This document shows, one piece after another, positions 63,816 to 64,000 of a DNA stretch of 64,000 nt. The DNA is from Antedon mediterranea (Eukaryota > Animalia > Echinodermata): NCBI RefSeq assembly GCF_964355755.1, contig NC_092671.1, forward strand, positions 2,418,001 to 2,482,000. The letters run 5' to 3'. Under the pieces are notes generated by a model that saw only the letters and a list, made by a program, of their open reading frames with translations, was not told the DNA's origin and ran no database searches. The position numbers and the translations under genes were made by a program. Within the stretch, counting starts at the first letter, position 1. Every line of letters starts with the position of its first letter.

Positions 63816-64000
63816 CTATTTAAAAGTAATTATATATTTATAAAATAATGCTATTCAAATAATTGTTAATATTAATTCATAAACTAATCACGTGTGAACA
63901 AATATGATTAGTAAAACTTAAAGAATATAATCCGACTTTGAATAGGCCAATGTAAATAAAGTAATAAAACAAGTAATAATAAAAGTTATTCAGTTCCAAA

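Overview
AT-rich animal genomic DNA with spliceosomal introns. It is tentatively a marine invertebrate deuterostome (echinoderm-like), but the taxon cannot be proven from the sequence. Eight protein-coding genes were reconstructed by hand from splice sites and reading phase: a 229-aa tandem ABM/DUF7153-like barrel protein (-), a stand-alone RhoGAP (+), a 211-aa ankyrin-repeat protein (+), DEAF1 (-), PATL1/Pat1 (+), an intronless class A GPCR (-), a GT31 beta-1,3-galactosyltransferase (+) and the 3' end (PTB domain) of tensin (-). Six of them form three head-to-head pairs. Introns carry many non-autonomous DNA transposons (10 copies of one Harbinger-type MITE, hAT-like elements with 5- and 6-bp target duplications, P-like and Merlin-like elements), SINE/LINE relics and minisatellites. 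The most unusual signals are: (1) CTAG/AGGCCT palindrome-rich tracts in the first intron of all six spliced genes whose 5' end is visible; (2) 20-21-bp hairpins flanked by 7-8-bp direct repeats that look like P-element excision footprints; (3) an intron-containing ABM-type monooxygenase-like gene; (4) an extra phase-symmetric coiled-coil exon in DEAF1 behind a GC donor. All coordinates were read by eye and no searches were run.
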